64,000 nt of DNA, taken from positions 160,001 to 224,000 of the forward strand of contig CAVUWA010000002.1 of the NCBI GenBank assembly GCA_963744995.1, written 5' to 3'. Both the position numbers and the translations under genes were made by a program. Position 1 is the first letter of the stretch; the number at the start of each line of letters is the position of its first letter. Under the pieces are notes generated by a model. That model saw only the letters and a list, made by a program, of their open reading frames with translations. It made no database searches and had not been told where the DNA came from. The DNA comes from Candidatus Eiseniibacteriota bacterium (GTDB taxonomy: Bacteria; Eisenbacteria; RBG-16-71-46). Positions 62,637 through 64,000 of this stretch are shown in pieces.

Positions 62637-64000
62637 TTGGGTCCGGAATCGACGACGCAGCGCAGGACGGCGCTCACCATGGACACCGAAGCGTTCCGCG
62701 CCGCGGGGCACGCACTGGTGGATCGCATCGCCGAACGGCTCGCCGCGATCCCCGACGGCCCCGTCACCCGCGACATCGCACCTTCGGCGCTGCGTGAAGC
62801 GCTCGGCATCGGCGGCCCGCTGCCCGAGAAGGGCGGCGACGCCGGTGCGCTGCTCGAGCGCGCGACCAGGCTGTTCGATCACTCGCTGTTCAATGCGCAT
62901 CCGCGCTTCTTCGGCTACATCACCGCACCGCCCGCGCCGATCGGGATCCTCGGCGACTTCCTCGCCTCGGCGCTGAACGCGAACTGCGGCCTCTGGGTGC
63001 TGTCGCCGGCCGCAACCGAAGTCGAAGCCGAGACGGTGCGCTGGATCGCCGAGCTGATCGGCTACCCGGGGGATTGCGGCGGCGTGCTGGTGAGCGGCGG
63101 CAACATGGCGAATCTCGTGTGCTTTTTCGCGGCGCGCGCCGCGCGGGCCGGCTGGGACGTACGTAAGGAAGGGGCGGGAGCAGGCCCGCCGCTGCGCGTC
63201 TACGGCTCGGCGGAGACCCACACCTGGATCTCGAAGGCCACCGACCTCGCCGGCATGGGAACGGACGCGATCCGCTGGGTCCCGACCGACGCGGATCTGC
63301 GCATGGATCTCGCCGCGCTCGAGAAGGCGATCGAGGCCGACCGCGCGGCGGGCGCCCGCCCGTTCATGGTGGTCGGCACCGGTGGCTCGGTGAGCACCGG
63401 CGTGGTGGACGCGCTGCCTGCGTTCCGCGCGCTGTGCGACCGCCACGGGCTGTGGTTCCACGTCGACGGTGCCTACGGCGGTTTCGCCGCGGCGTCGCCC
63501 GAAGCCCCGGACGACCTGCGCGCGCTCGCGTACGCCGACTCGGTGGCGGTGGATCCGCACAAGTGGCTGTATGCGCCGCTCGAGGCGGGCTGCGCGCTGG
63601 TGCGCGACGAAGAGGTGCTGCGCGCGGCGTTCTCCTACCACCCGCCCTACTACCACTTCCAGGAAAAGGCGACGAACTTCGTCGACATGGGCATGCAGAA
63701 TTCCCGTGGTTTTCGCGCGCTCAAGGTGTGGCTGCAGCTGCAGCACGCCGGTGCGGCGGGATACCGCGAGATGATCACGGAGGACATCCGCCTCTCCCGT
63801 GCGCTCGCCGAGGCGGTACGCGCACACCCCGAGATCGAGTTCATGACGCAGGAGCTGAGCATCACCACGTTCCGGTTCGTGCCGCCGGATCTGCAGGTGC
63901 GCGCGGGCGAGCCGGCGGTCGAGGCGTACCTCAACGATCTCAACCAGACCCTGCTCGACCGCACCCAGCGCGAAGGCGAGGCGTTCGTCTCGAACGCCGT
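62637..64000 (+). CDS. Group II PLP-dependent decarboxylase (runs off the window)
   Basis: Manual translation: HPRFFGYI, SGGNMAN, WFHVDGAYGG, DSVAVDPHKWL (PLP lysine); start at TTG 62637 or ATG 62679. Confidence 0.9.
   Translation, partial: MGPESTTQRRTALTMDTEAFRAAGHALVDRIAERLAAIPDGPVTRDIAPSALREALGIGGPLPEKGGDAGALLERATRLFDHSLFNAHPRFFGYITAPPAPIGILGDFLASALNANCGLWVLSPAATEVEAETVRWIAELIGYPGDCGGVLVSGGNMANLVCFFAARAARAGWDVRKEGAGAGPPLRVYGSAETHTWISKATDLAGMGTDAIRWVPTDADLRMDLAALEKAIEADRAAGARPFMVVGTGGSVSTGVVDALPAFRALCDRHGLWFHVDGAYGGFAAASPEAPDDLRALAYADSVAVDPHKWLYAPLEAGCALVRDEEVLRAAFSYHPPYYHFQEKATNFVDMGMQNSRGFRALKVWLQLQHAGAAGYREMITEDIRLSRALAEAVRAHPEIEFMTQELSITTFRFVPPDLQVRAGEPAVEAYLNDLNQTLLDRTQREGEAFVSNA

Overview
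High-GC (visually about 70%) bacterial chromosomal window with about 45 coding regions. No rRNA, tRNA, CRISPR array, transposase or integrase was recognised. Four secreted proteins end in a T9SS-type-A/FlgD-Ig-like tail (PNP...D..GR...G.Y), which suggests an FCB-superphylum organism such as Ca. Eisenbacteria (inference). Metabolic and housekeeping genes include HU, lysC, a split glcD-glcE...glcF set, a YcaQ-like glycosylase, a speY-RidA-iodotyrosine deiodinase-SbnI-like kinase-Zn-ADH cluster, an AAA+/VWA pair and a pepT-PIG-L-PLP decarboxylase cluster. The most striking locus is 43.8-60.4 kb. There, a TIGR02999/ECF43-type sigma factor is coupled to a membrane Ser/Thr kinase and followed by a second kinase. 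These are transcribed divergently from a roughly 2300-aa repeat surface protein (about 4.5 x 800-bp G-skewed repeats, 9 HYR-like repeats, sorting tail), a second tailed protein and a Tat-exported deiminase (PAD/agmatine deiminase fold). The giant gene and the 40.6-42 kb region carry many single-base indels, most likely assembly errors. All family calls come from motif recognition, not database searches.
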